DNA of 45,305 bases from a bacterium (GCA_044869275.1 JBIOXB010000212.1:1-45305), one strand, 5' to 3'; numbered from the stretch's first letter, positions 9,700 through 19,407 are shown. Notes: a model not told the origin generated them from the letters alone. Program-made: numbers and translations.

Positions 9700-11529
9700 A
9701 TGCAAAACTCAAGAACCATGCTGGCGCTGCTCCCCCTGGCTGCATGCCTGCTCGTTCAGCAGCGTGCCTGGGCGCAGAGTCAATTCCAGGTGCCGGCCAA
9801 TGTCGCCAGCAGCGGCGGCACCCACAGCGCGAACAACAGCAATCGCCTCGTGGGCACGCTCGGCCAGGCGGCCATTGGCACCTCACAAAACGCCAGTCAA
9901 AGGATTGGCGCAGGCTTCTGGAATTTGCCGGATCAAATTCGCTTCAACCGTCCGCCCAATTCCTGGAACTTTGTAAGCAACACCGGCGGCAATGCCACCA
10001 TTGCCGTGCCGGCCGCCATCAATCCCGCCATTGGCTCGGACCCGCTGCAAACGGGCGATGCCATCGGCGTGTTTTTCATGCGAGATAACAATCTCGTGTG
10101 CGCCGGCTTCAGCATTTGGCAACCCGGCCGCAACGTTTCAATCACCGCCTGGGCTGATGATGCGCAAACCTCGGTGAAGGAAGGTTTCGCAGAAGGCGAG
10201 CTGATCAACTACAAGATCTGGGACGAATCGGCGCAGCACGAGTACAACGCCACCGTGACTTACCAGGCCGGCGGGCCCAACTTCGCGACCAATGGCCTTT
10301 ATACGTTAAGCTCGCTGGTGGGAATAACCACAACGACGCAAGGCGTTGCGCTCGCGCCAGGCTGGAACATGATTTCGAGCTTTGTCGATCCCTCCAACCC
10401 TGATTTACAGGCCATGTTCTCGTCAATTCTCGCGAATCTTGTTATCGTGAAAAATGGCGCGGGACAGGTCTTTTGGCCGCAATTTGGCATCAATACCATT
10501 GGCCAATGGAATCTGCGGCATGGTTATCAGGTCAACATGAGAGCGGCGGCCGCACTCGCGGTCACCGGCTTGCCAGTCGTGCCCGAAGCCACGGCCATAC
10601 AGTTGAATCAAGGATGGAATCTCGTCGCCTACTTGCGCAGCAGCCCGCAAAACATTGAAACCGCGCTCGCCAGCATTGCCAACAGAATCGTCATCGTTAA
10701 AAACAATGCCGGCCAGGTTTTCTGGCCGCAATTCAGCATCAATACCATCGGCTCGATGCAGCCGGGCGAAGGTTATCAAATCAATGTCTCGCAAGCGGCA
10801 ACACTCACCTATCCGGCGAACGGCGCGATAAACTCGGTCCTGGCGAAGTCGCGAATGAATGGGACCGTGCCGGAAGCGCATGAAGGCGCCACACGGCACT
10901 ATCCATGGCTGGCGAAGACCGGAGCCAATGCCATTTTATTGGTTCGTTTTCCGCAGGGAACCGATGGCGATGAGATTGCAGTATTGGCTTCCGAGACAAC
11001 TCTGGTGGGAAGCGGCGAGCTCCAGCAAGGAACAGTTTTGATCACAGTTTGGGGTGATGATGCATTGACCGAGGAAATCACGGAGGGTGCGGTCGAAGGC
11101 GACGCGCTCTCGCTCAAGCTGTGGTCCACGGCGGATCAAACGGAGAAAACGCTGGATATTGCCTCGCTCACCGATGCTTTGAACGACGTGGCGCTGGCTC
11201 CTTCCGCTCAATATCAAGCCGATGCTGCCTGGGTTGCTGAGGTTGCGTTCACACAGGAGCGCCCGACTTCGTTCAGTTTATCGCAAAACTATCCCAACCC
11301 GTTCAATCCGGCCACGCACATTCAGTACGGCTTGCCCGAGAATGCGCATGTTGAATTGATTGTTTACGACGTGCTCGGCCAGCGTGTGGCGGTGTTGGTG
11401 GATGAGAAACAAACGGCGGGATACCACCAAATTGTTTTTCAAGCGACCTCCCTGCCGAGCGGAATGTACTTTTACCGTCTGCATGCGGGCAGTTTTGTGG
11501 AGACGAGGAAGATGGTCGTTTTGAAATAA
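9700..11529 (+). CDS. Secreted multidomain protein with T9SS-type C-terminal sorting domain (609 aa)
   Basis: RBS AAGGAG, ATG 9700 and a signal peptide ending AWA. Duplicated LxxGWNxI...GQVFWPQFxINTIG module. C-terminus FSLSQNYPNPFNP...SGMYFYRL...KMVVLK. Confidence 0.88.
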   Translation: MQNSRTMLALLPLAACLLVQQRAWAQSQFQVPANVASSGGTHSANNSNRLVGTLGQAAIGTSQNASQRIGAGFWNLPDQIRFNRPPNSWNFVSNTGGNATIAVPAAINPAIGSDPLQTGDAIGVFFMRDNNLVCAGFSIWQPGRNVSITAWADDAQTSVKEGFAEGELINYKIWDESAQHEYNATVTYQAGGPNFATNGLYTLSSLVGITTTTQGVALAPGWNMISSFVDPSNPDLQAMFSSILANLVIVKNGAGQVFWPQFGINTIGQWNLRHGYQVNMRAAAALAVTGLPVVPEATAIQLNQGWNLVAYLRSSPQNIETALASIANRIVIVKNNAGQVFWPQFSINTIGSMQPGEGYQINVSQAATLTYPANGAINSVLAKSRMNGTVPEAHEGATRHYPWLAKTGANAILLVRFPQGTDGDEIAVLASETTLVGSGELQQGTVLITVWGDDALTEEITEGAVEGDALSLKLWSTADQTEKTLDIASLTDALNDVALAPSAQYQADAAWVAEVAFTQERPTSFSLSQNYPNPFNPATHIQYGLPENAHVELIVYDVLGQRVAVLVDEKQTAGYHQIVFQATSLPSGMYFYRLHAGSFVETRKMVVLK

Positions 11530-11554
11530 GCTTGCGATGTGAATCACAGGCTAA

Positions 11555-11667
11555 GGCAAAACAATCACGGGCAAAACTATTGCAAAGCTTTGGGCAAGGT
11601 GATTGAATGGCAAAATAATTTCAAACCCTATTGCCATTCAATCATTTTGCGTGAAATAGTTTTGCCC
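11555..11667. repeat. Nested inverted repeat built from GGCAAAA-type units
   Basis: GGGCAAAACTATT (11569-81) pairs with AATAGTTTTGCCC (11655-67); TGATTGAATGGCAA (11600-13) pairs with TTGCCATTCAATCA (11631-44). Confidence 0.8.
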
Positions 11668-11719
11668 TTCATTTCGCGACTGCATGGCACCACAATGTTG
11701 AGTTAACACCAGTACCGAA

Positions 11720-11749
11720 ATTGTCATCCCGAAGCTTCGGGATGACAAT
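11720..11749. repeat. Perfect 30-bp palindrome (REP-like)
   Basis: ATTGTCATCCCGAAGCTTCGGGATGACAAT is its own reverse complement. Confidence 0.85.
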
Positions 11750-11835
11750 GCTGGTATTTGTCTCAAAAGGTGAGCTTACCGTTGCCGTGTTAAGGGCAAG
11801 AGCGAGAAGGCTGCGCTCAAAACAGGAGAATCAGC

Positions 11836-12876
11836 GTGTCACATTATATTTTAAGCAATCTTGGCTTGCTTTTCTTCGCAATCGCCGCCACAGTCTCAGC
11901 GCAATCGCATTTCAAAAGCGTTGGCAGCACCGGCAGCAACGCCACACTCGCCGTACCGGCTTCTGCCAATCCCAGCGTCATGGGCGCGCCCCTGGCAAGT
12001 GGCGATGAGATCGGCGTGTTTACACCAGACGGCCTGTGCGTCGGCGCCACGACCTGGCAGGCCGGCCAAAACGCCGTACTCGTGGCCTGGGGCGACAACG
12101 ATCAAACGCAAGAAGTTGACGGCTTGCGCGCCGGAGAGCGGATGCACTTCTGCGTTTGGCAAAAGTCATCCCACAACGGCTATGGTGACGTGGCGGTCGC
12201 ATTTACTTCAGGCGATGGGCTCTATGCCGCCAACGGGATTTACGTCATGACTTCGCTGGCTGCCAATGCAGCCGTTTTGCCGTTGCCTCCCAAGCTGGCG
12301 TCGCCGAGCGATGGCGCCGCTGGCATCATGAGCATGCCACGATTGTCGTGGTTCTCCTCTTGCAGCGCCAGCTCGTATGCCCTGCAAATTTCCACCACCC
12401 CGGCGTTCACGACGCTGGTGGCCAATCCCAGCGGCATCGATTCCACATTCTATGACCTCCCCGGAGTGGCGAGCCGAACGACTTATTACTGGCGCGCCAG
12501 CGCGACCAACAGCTTGGGCATGAGCGCTTGGTCGGCAGCGCGAAGCTTCACCACCGGAATGATCAGCGCGGTGGACCAATCACCCTCACCGGCTCCGCGT
12601 GACTATGTTCTAAGACAGAATTACCCAAACCCTATGAATCCGGGCACGCAGATCATCTTCGAGATTCCGGCGGCGGCACATGTGTCGATGAAAATCTATG
12701 ATCTATTGAGTCGTGAAATTCGAACGCTGGCAGACGCGCCTTACCAGGCCGGCGCGCATGTCCTGCTTTGGGATGGGAAAGACAGCCGTGGCTTGACGGT
12801 GCCAAGTGGCACTTATCTTTACCGCCTCCAAGCGGGGAGTTTTTCGCAAGTAATGAAGGTGGTATTGCTGCGTTGA
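11836..12876 (+). CDS. Secreted protein with an FN3-like domain and FlgD/T9SS-type C-terminal domain
   Basis: RBS AGGAG and GTG start, signal peptide; YYWRASATNSLGMSAWS (FN3-like); QNYPNPMNP...WDGKD...SGTYLYRL...KVVLLR. Confidence 0.88.
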   Translation: MSHYILSNLGLLFFAIAATVSAQSHFKSVGSTGSNATLAVPASANPSVMGAPLASGDEIGVFTPDGLCVGATTWQAGQNAVLVAWGDNDQTQEVDGLRAGERMHFCVWQKSSHNGYGDVAVAFTSGDGLYAANGIYVMTSLAANAAVLPLPPKLASPSDGAAGIMSMPRLSWFSSCSASSYALQISTTPAFTTLVANPSGIDSTFYDLPGVASRTTYYWRASATNSLGMSAWSAARSFTTGMISAVDQSPSPAPRDYVLRQNYPNPMNPGTQIIFEIPAAAHVSMKIYDLLSREIRTLADAPYQAGAHVLLWDGKDSRGLTVPSGTYLYRLQAGSFSQVMKVVLLR

Positions 12877-13132
12877 CGGGCTGTCATCTTGATAGTCGCA
12901 GATTGGGCTGCGCTGAAAACATTCGCGTACGGCGCTGAACGAAACCAATGAGAGGGCAAAAATAATCTCACCCGCGCACGCTATTGCTCACAACTTTGCG
13001 AGCAACCACAATAACAAGCCGAGCCCGCCGAGCACGGCAAATGCTACGGGGCCTCAGTAGCAGGATTTCCTGTTCGTTTTCGGCATTTTCATCCTTTCCG
13101 CTCGATGCAGCAACTCGCCTCACGATCAGACG

Positions 13133-13345
13133 CTAGATAGGAAGGTTGGGGTCGCTGTTTCCCACCGCACAGTTGCGAATTCGAAACAAATACTGCCGGA
13201 TGAGGCACCGGCCCTGAGCGCTTAGCCAAACCAGACTGATGATAAGCAACATAACGACAACTGTGTAAATGATGGCCAAATATACGCACGCCAGCACATT
13301 GTTCTTTGGAAACACTGGCGCCAGGCATCTGTCGTTGTCAGCCAT
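13133..13345 (-). CDS. Putative small single-TM protein (70 aa)
   Basis: Strong RBS AAAGGAG before ATG 13345; hydrophobic stretch VLACVYLAIIYTVVVMLLIISLVWL. No family recognised. Confidence 0.4.
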   Translation of the reverse strand: MADNDRCLAPVFPKNNVLACVYLAIIYTVVVMLLIISLVWLSAQGRCLIRQYLFRIRNCAVGNSDPNLPI

Positions 13346-13438
13346 GTTGATCTCCTTTTGTGGGGTGAATGACTCATGGATGTTGGTGCCGAAATCAAGG
13401 CAAAGTGCAAGCCGAGGTAAAGTGGAGATAAAACGTTA

Positions 13439-13484
13439 GACTTCTTGCTTGTAAAAATATGCATAAACAAGCATGAAAAGTCAA
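13439..13484 (-). promoter_or_regulatory. Putative sigma70-type promoter overlapped by a dyad (candidate operator)
   Basis: TTGACT (13484-13479) followed by CATATT at 17 nt or TATTTT at 19 nt. Inverted repeat GCTTGT-N14-ACAAGC flanked by GACTT/AAGTC. Confidence 0.4.
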
Positions 13485-13753
13485 GTAAATTTACGCACAC
13501 AAAGTCACCGGATAGCATTTCCTCTGGGAGCCGTTGTTTCGCCGACTCGAAAAAGCGCGTCTCCATGCAGAATTGAGAAAAAGCTCCCACTTGTTTTCCC
13601 GCAGTTGAGAAATTTACCCCTACCAAGAAGATGCTCCGTTCCCGTAATTCCCATGGAATCAAACTCGGGCAACGCCGCCGCGTTCTGGTCTGAAGCTTGC
13701 AAAAGCTGTATTTCAAAATCCAGGACTTTTGTCTGCAGCTTCCCAGTCAAAAA

Positions 13754-14224
13754 GTGAATATAGATCCCATCAAAAGTTCTCCCTTGAAAATCCGGCAAGC
13801 GGCAGCGAGGCTTGGCATTGCGGTTGAAACTATTCGCATGTACGAACGCGAGGGCCTCCTGCTTACCGCAAAAACCGCATCCGGCCAAAGGCTGTTTAAT
13901 GAGGATGACTTGCACTGGATCGGCTGCATTCGGCGCTTGATCAAAGCACAGGGGCTGAATCTCGAGGGCATTCGCCGTTTGCTTGCACTCATGCCCTGCT
14001 GGGAATTGAAGCCGTGTTCCGAGGAAGAAAGAGAAAACTGCCCGGCATATTGGGGCGCAACCCAGCCTTGCTGGATGATCAAAACCGTGCTCCAGGGCGA
14101 TTGCCGCAACACCGTTTGCCGCGACTGCAAAGTTTATCAAAGCGCTTTACATTGCGACAATCTCAAGGCGCTTGTGCGAAAACAAGCCCAGTGGAGGGCT
14201 GAAGGCATAGCGCATAGAGCATAG
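13754..14224 (+). CDS. MerR/HspR-like transcriptional regulator with Cys-rich (CW...CW) C-terminal domain
   Basis: wHTH IRQAAARLGIAVETIRMYEREGLL...GQRLFNEDDL; tail CWELKPC...CPAY...PCWMIK...C..TVCRDCKVYQ. Start (GTG 13754) is uncertain. Confidence 0.88.
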   Translation: MNIDPIKSSPLKIRQAAARLGIAVETIRMYEREGLLLTAKTASGQRLFNEDDLHWIGCIRRLIKAQGLNLEGIRRLLALMPCWELKPCSEEERENCPAYWGATQPCWMIKTVLQGDCRNTVCRDCKVYQSALHCDNLKALVRKQAQWRAEGIAHRA

Positions 14225-14267
14225 CACATGTTGCTCTTTGCCCTTTGCCCTCTCCCCATGCCCTATG
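14196..14267. repeat. Heptamer tandem + inverted array overlapping the MerR stop codon
   Basis: GGCATAG CGCATAG AGCATAG ... TTGCTCT TTGCCCT TTGCCCT ... TGCCCTATG. Confidence 0.75.
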
Positions 14268-14280
14268 TGAGGTATCGCTC

Positions 14281-16521
14281 ATGTCCACAAAACTTTCGCG
14301 ACGCGAATTCATCAAGATCAGCGGGCTCGGCCTGGGTGCTGCGGCGGCAGGCGTTGGTTTGGTCAAAATACTCTTTGATACCGATAAACACGAGATTATT
14401 GCGGCGCCTGCCTTGACCGGCTTCTCCGATGGAGCAGTGACATTGACGCCCACGGTTTGCGAAATCTGCTTTTGGCAATGCGCGGGCTGGGTGCACACGA
14501 TCAACGGCCAGCCCTGGAAGATCACGGGCAACGTGGACGACCCGAATTGCAACGGCCGGCTTTGTCCTCGCGGCACCGGCGGGTTGGGCGCGTATCTCGA
14601 TGAAGATCGCCTGCGCACGCCGCTTATTCGCAGCGACTCACGCGGCAAGCAGCTTTTTCGTGAAGCTTCGTGGGAAGAGGCGTTCGACTATATCGCGCAA
14701 AAGCTGAAGAAGATTGCCGAAGAGCACGGTCCCGAGTGCGTCGCGCTCTTCACCCACGGCTCCGGAGGCGCATATTTCAAGCATCTGCTGCGCGCCTTTG
14801 GTTCGGACAATGTCGCCGCGCCCTCGTATGCGCAATGCCGCGGCCCGCGCGATGAAGCATATGTGCTCACCTACGGCGAGGAAATCGGTTCGCCCGAGCG
14901 CACGGATATGCAAAACGCAAAATGTCTCGTGCTCATCGGCAGCCATCTCGGTGAGAACATGCACAACACGCAAGTGCAAGAGTTCGCGGATTTGGTGGGC
15001 AATGGCGCCACGGTGATCACTGTCGATCCGCGTTATTCCGTGGCAGCGAGCAAATCCAAATACTGGCTGCCGATTCGGCCCGCGACTGACCTCGCGCTAC
15101 TGCTCGCGTGGATCAACGTCATCCTTGAGGAGAATTTGTACGACAAGGAATATGTCAAAAAATACACCGTGGGGCTTGACGAGCTGAAACAATCGGTGCA
15201 GCACAATACGCCGGAATGGGCACATCCCATCACCACCATTGCGCCAGGTGTGATTCGTGAAACCGCGCGTGAGATGGCGCGGCATCGTCCAGCCACCCTC
15301 GTGCATCCGGGTCGCCACGTCACGTGGTATGGCGACGATACCCAGCGCGTGCGTGCCGGTGCCATTCTGAATGCGCTGCTGGGGAGTTGGGGCCGTCGTG
15401 GAGGCTTCTATTCTCCCAACCAAGCGAATGTGCCCGCGTATCCGACGCCGCCTTACCCCAAGCCGAAAAGAACTTGGCGCGACGCTTTCCCGGACGTGTA
15501 TCCGCTGGCCAATTTGGCACTGGCAAACGGCATCTGCGAGGCGACCATTCCCTCGGCCACGCGCAATTGGAATTTCAATGCCTGGATCGTGTACGGCACC
15601 AACTTGATGCTTACTCTGCCGGAGCCAAAGAAAACCCTCGCAGCGATTCAGAATCTTGATCTGCTCGTTGCGATCGACATCATGCCGGCAGAAATTACCG
15701 GTTGGGCAGACGTGGTATTGCCCGAATGTTCATATCTCGAACGCTATGATGATCTGCGGCTTTTGCCCGGTCGCGTTCCCAGCCTGGCGATGCGCGCGCC
15801 GGCATTCGAGCCGCGCTTTAATTCCAAACCGGCATGGTGGATGGCGAAAGAGCTGGGCCATCGCCTCGGCCTCGACGCCTATTTTCCATGGAAAAATTTT
15901 GAAGAGTATTTGGAAGTGCGTCTGCAAGGCACTGGCTCAAGCTTGGAAGAAATGAAAAAGAAGGGCGTACTGGTTCTAAACCAGCAACGCCATCCGCTCT
16001 ATTTCGAAGACGGCGCCGAACCGGTGTTCGACACGCCGAGCGCCAAAATCGAACTGGCCTCGAGCACGCTCGCGAGTTACGGCTTCGAGGCCGTGCCCAA
16101 ATACACGCCGCATGAAGAGCCGCCGGAAGGTTATTATCGACTCCTCTATGGCCGCGCTCCCACGCACACGTTCGGTCGCACCACGAACAATCCCATTCTG
16201 GCCGAAACGATGCTGGAGAACGAAGTGTGGCTCCATCCCGTGGTGGCGAAGTTGCACGGCATTCGCAACGGCGAATACGTCACGCTGGTGAATCAAGACG
16301 GGGCGCGCAGCAACAAGATCAAGGCCAAAGTCACTGAGCGCATCCGGCACGATTGCGTTTACATGGTGCATGGCTTTGGCCATTCGGACAAACGCATGCG
16401 CCGCACGTATCTGCGCGGCGCCGATGATGCCGGATTGATCACGCGCGTGAAAGTCGATCCCATCATGGGCGGCACGGGGATGCGGGGAAATTTTGTGACG
16501 TTTGAATCGGTGAGTAGTTGA
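14281..16521 (+). CDS. psrA: Polysulfide/thiosulfate reductase catalytic subunit (Mo/W-bisPGD, Tat-exported)
   Basis: Tat motif SRREFIK; FS0 motif CEICFWQC...LCPRG; probable Cys metal ligand in SYAQCRGPR; operon context with 4Fe-4S and NrfD genes. Psr versus Phs specificity is not resolvable. Confidence 0.85.
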   Translation: MSTKLSRREFIKISGLGLGAAAAGVGLVKILFDTDKHEIIAAPALTGFSDGAVTLTPTVCEICFWQCAGWVHTINGQPWKITGNVDDPNCNGRLCPRGTGGLGAYLDEDRLRTPLIRSDSRGKQLFREASWEEAFDYIAQKLKKIAEEHGPECVALFTHGSGGAYFKHLLRAFGSDNVAAPSYAQCRGPRDEAYVLTYGEEIGSPERTDMQNAKCLVLIGSHLGENMHNTQVQEFADLVGNGATVITVDPRYSVAASKSKYWLPIRPATDLALLLAWINVILEENLYDKEYVKKYTVGLDELKQSVQHNTPEWAHPITTIAPGVIRETAREMARHRPATLVHPGRHVTWYGDDTQRVRAGAILNALLGSWGRRGGFYSPNQANVPAYPTPPYPKPKRTWRDAFPDVYPLANLALANGICEATIPSATRNWNFNAWIVYGTNLMLTLPEPKKTLAAIQNLDLLVAIDIMPAEITGWADVVLPECSYLERYDDLRLLPGRVPSLAMRAPAFEPRFNSKPAWWMAKELGHRLGLDAYFPWKNFEEYLEVRLQGTGSSLEEMKKKGVLVLNQQRHPLYFEDGAEPVFDTPSAKIELASSTLASYGFEAVPKYTPHEEPPEGYYRLLYGRAPTHTFGRTTNNPILAETMLENEVWLHPVVAKLHGIRNGEYVTLVNQDGARSNKIKAKVTERIRHDCVYMVHGFGHSDKRMRRTYLRGADDAGLITRVKVDPIMGGTGMRGNFVTFESVSS

Positions 16522-16527
16522 CTGTTG

Positions 16528-16600
16528 TCAGTATCCAGTGTCCAGTGTCCAGTAATCAGTGTTGAACACTGAACACTGAATACTGGACACTGGGCACAGG
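16528..16600. repeat. Heptamer tandem + inverted array
   Basis: TCAGTAT CCAGTGT CCAGTGT CCAGTAA TCAGTGT ... ACACTGA ACACTGA ATACTGG ACACTGG. Confidence 0.85.
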
Positions 16601-16621
16601 CTCCCGCAATGGAGATAGACA

Positions 16622-17158
16622 ATGCCTCGTTACGCCATGGTCATCGACACCAGGCGCTGTGTGGGCTGCGCCGATTGTGTCGTGGCATGCAAGACTGAAA
16701 ACAACGTTCCCGACGGCTTTTGCCGTGATTGGATTGTGCAGGAGGTGCGGGGAGCCTTTCCGGATCTCCGCATGGAAATCCGTTCCGAGCGCTGCAATCA
16801 CTGCGAGAACGCACCGTGCGTGCGTTGCTGCCCGACGGGCGCGAGCTACATCGCCAACGGCGGCATTGTGCTCGTTCATCACGAAGAATGCACTGGCTGC
16901 AAAGCCTGTATCGCCTCATGTCCCTACGATGCGCGATTCGTTCATCCTGAAGGCCATGTCGATAAATGCACGTTTTGCATGCCTCGCGTGTCGCAGGGAG
17001 TTGATCCAGCGTGCGTTGCGGTATGCCCGACCAAATGCATGCATTTTGGCGATCTCGATAATGCGAATAGTGCAGTGAGCAAACTGCTGCGCTCCCGGTC
17101 AAATCATGCGTTAATTCCCGAAGCCGGCACGCAGCCGAAGGTGTTTTATTTGAGCTGA
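16622..17158 (+). CDS. psrB: 4x[4Fe-4S] electron-transfer subunit (PsrB/NrfC family)
   Basis: CVGCADCVVAC, CNHCENAPCVRCCP, CTGCKACIASCP and KCTFC...PACVAVCP. Confidence 0.92.
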   Translation: MPRYAMVIDTRRCVGCADCVVACKTENNVPDGFCRDWIVQEVRGAFPDLRMEIRSERCNHCENAPCVRCCPTGASYIANGGIVLVHHEECTGCKACIASCPYDARFVHPEGHVDKCTFCMPRVSQGVDPACVAVCPTKCMHFGDLDNANSAVSKLLRSRSNHALIPEAGTQPKVFYLS

Positions 17159-17257
17159 ACTTGCCGCCCGGACGCTCGTGCCCGTGTTTAAAGATGCGGT
17201 TGGAGTTCAAGATAGCGTCCGGGCGGTTCTTTGGTTCTTGAATGATGGAGCAACCCC

Positions 17258-18211
17258 ATGCACGAACTCACGATCACCAGCGGCAGAGACATGCACCTGA
17301 TCGATCCGCAATTGACGATCTGGGGCTGGGAGATTCCGGTCTATTTGTTTTTGGGTGGATTGGTTTCCGGCATTCTCTTCTTCTCCGCCCTGTACTTCCT
17401 GCGCGGCAAGGCGGAGGAAATGCCGACCGTCGTGCGCGTCACGCCGCTGCTTGTGCCCATCTTCCTGGGGCTGGGGCTCTTCGCGCTGTTCCTCGATCTC
17501 GAATACAAATGGCACGTCTTCCGTTTCTACACCAACATTCGTTTCGAGTCACCCATGTCGTGGGGCTCCTGGACGCTGGCTGCGGTTTTCCCGCTCAGCG
17601 TCATTTGGGCGCTGCTGCACGTTTCACATGTTTTTCCCACGTGGCGCTGGCCCTATGCCTGGCTGGAAAGAACGATGGCCTGGTTCAGCAAACACGCGCG
17701 GGTCGTGGCGTGGCTATTGATCGTCTATTCTGCCTTGCTCGGCATGTATACCGGCATTCTGCTCAGCGCGTTCAACGCCCGGCCGTTTTGGAATTCGGCG
17801 ATTTTGGGGCCGCTGTTTCTCATTTCCGGCCTATCCACCGGGCTCGCACTCAATCTGCTGCTGTCGCGCCACGAGAATGAGAAACATCTGCTCGCTCGAA
17901 TCGACCTGATGGCGATCAGTGTGGAGCTATTCTTGATCATTCATTTGTTCATGGGACTTCTGGCTTCCACGCAGGCGCATATCGAGGCCGCCAAGCTCTT
18001 CCTGGGCGGGCCCTTCACCGCGGAATTCTGGGTTTTGGTGGTCGCGCTGGGACTCATATTGCCTGCGACCATCGAATGGTTGGAACTGCGCGGCAAAGTT
18101 TTGCCCACCAAGGTTCCCGCCTTGTTGGTTTTGTTCGGCGGTTTATTGCTTCGCTTCATTGTGGTGGAGGCAGGACAGGTGAGCCGCTGGATGATTGGAA
18201 ACGCGGATTGA
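17258..18211 (+). CDS. psrC: NrfD/PsrC-family membrane anchor (quinol-interacting)
   Basis: WGWEIPVYLFLGGL, SPMSWGSW and YTGILLS..ARPFWN motifs; about 8 TM segments. Confidence 0.9.
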   Translation: MHELTITSGRDMHLIDPQLTIWGWEIPVYLFLGGLVSGILFFSALYFLRGKAEEMPTVVRVTPLLVPIFLGLGLFALFLDLEYKWHVFRFYTNIRFESPMSWGSWTLAAVFPLSVIWALLHVSHVFPTWRWPYAWLERTMAWFSKHARVVAWLLIVYSALLGMYTGILLSAFNARPFWNSAILGPLFLISGLSTGLALNLLLSRHENEKHLLARIDLMAISVELFLIIHLFMGLLASTQAHIEAAKLFLGGPFTAEFWVLVVALGLILPATIEWLELRGKVLPTKVPALLVLFGGLLLRFIVVEAGQVSRWMIGNAD

Positions 18212-18225
18212 AGGAGGCCAGACCA

Positions 18226-18891
18226 GTGTCAGACCAGCACGACGACAATGCTTTGATCACAACCTGGATCAAAGTTGGTGCCAGCGCCGGAATCCTCGCT
18301 TGCATCATTTATCCGTTCATGATTCTGGTTGAAATGCCCAGGCTGCCGACGGTTATATTTGCCGTCGCCTTCGGTCCGCTCTTGAGCCTCGGCAGCGTTG
18401 GACTCTATCATCTGCTCGAGTTGCAACGAAAATCAGTCACGGCACCGATCGCCGCCGTCGCGAATATCATCGCCGGAGCGATCGTGAACATGATGCTGGT
18501 GGTGCAATTGGCGATTTCCTACTCCATGCGCGACTATATCAGGAGCGCCACCGACGCTGCCACAAAATCAACTCTGGAGTGGATTTGGAAGGCGGTTGAC
18601 AAGGTGCAATTGGGACTCGACGTCTCCTGGGATGTTTTCATTTCTATTGGCACACTTCTTTTTGCAGTGAACATGCTCAAGCATCCGCGCTTTGGCAAAA
18701 GCTTCGGCGGGGTTGGTATCATCTTGGCGGCTTTGCTGCTGGCTTTCAATCTATACTCCTTTCCCATTCCTCCGGCCAATGCCGATCTCATAGATTTTGG
18801 GCCATTCGTGGGCGCGTGGTATATGGCCGTCAGTATTCAATCACTTCGTTCACTGCCATGGGCGAGAAATACGCTGGAGAACAAAACATGA
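18226..18891 (+). CDS. Polytopic membrane protein of unknown function (221 aa)
   Basis: RBS AAGGAGG and GTG 18226; about 5-6 hydrophobic segments; ATGA overlap with the next gene. Confidence 0.8.
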   Translation: MSDQHDDNALITTWIKVGASAGILACIIYPFMILVEMPRLPTVIFAVAFGPLLSLGSVGLYHLLELQRKSVTAPIAAVANIIAGAIVNMMLVVQLAISYSMRDYIRSATDAATKSTLEWIWKAVDKVQLGLDVSWDVFISIGTLLFAVNMLKHPRFGKSFGGVGIILAALLLAFNLYSFPIPPANADLIDFGPFVGAWYMAVSIQSLRSLPWARNTLENKT

Positions 18892-19406
18892 ATGCCACTG
18901 ATGAGAAATACTGGTCTCCCTACGTTGCCGGTTTCGCGCTCGGCTTGGTGTTACTGGCAACCTTTGTGGTCATGGGCCGCGGCTTGGGCGCGTCCGGCGC
19001 GCTCATGCGGGTAACGACCTACGCCGTCGATCAAGCCAGCCCGCAGCATGTGGACAAAAATCCATACTTCGCGCAATATGCGGGAGGCGAAAAAAATCCC
19101 CTGCAAGATTGGCTCGTGTTTGAAGTCATCGGTGTGATCGTGGGAGGTATGCTCTCAGGCATGCTGGCCAAGAGAATTCGTTTCATCGCCGATCGCGGCC
19201 CGCGCATTTCGGCCACCGGGCGTTTGCTTTTTGCCTTCCTCGGCGGAGGTTTGATGGGCTTCGGCGCGCGGCTGGCGCAGGGCTGCACCAGCGGCCAGGC
19301 GCTCACCGGCGGCGCCACGCTCGCGCTCGGCAGCTGGGCGTTCATGATGACGATGTTCGCCGCGGCGTATGGTATTGCATACTTTGTTCGTAAACAATGG
19401 ATATAG
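18888..19406 (+). CDS. YeeE/YedE-family sulfur-compound transporter, half 1
   Basis: YWSPYVAG, GRGLGASG and FGARLAQGCTSGQALTG motifs; ATG 18888. Confidence 0.9.
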   Translation: MNATDEKYWSPYVAGFALGLVLLATFVVMGRGLGASGALMRVTTYAVDQASPQHVDKNPYFAQYAGGEKNPLQDWLVFEVIGVIVGGMLSGMLAKRIRFIADRGPRISATGRLLFAFLGGGLMGFGARLAQGCTSGQALTGGATLALGSWAFMMTMFAAAYGIAYFVRKQWI

Positions 19407-19407
19407 A

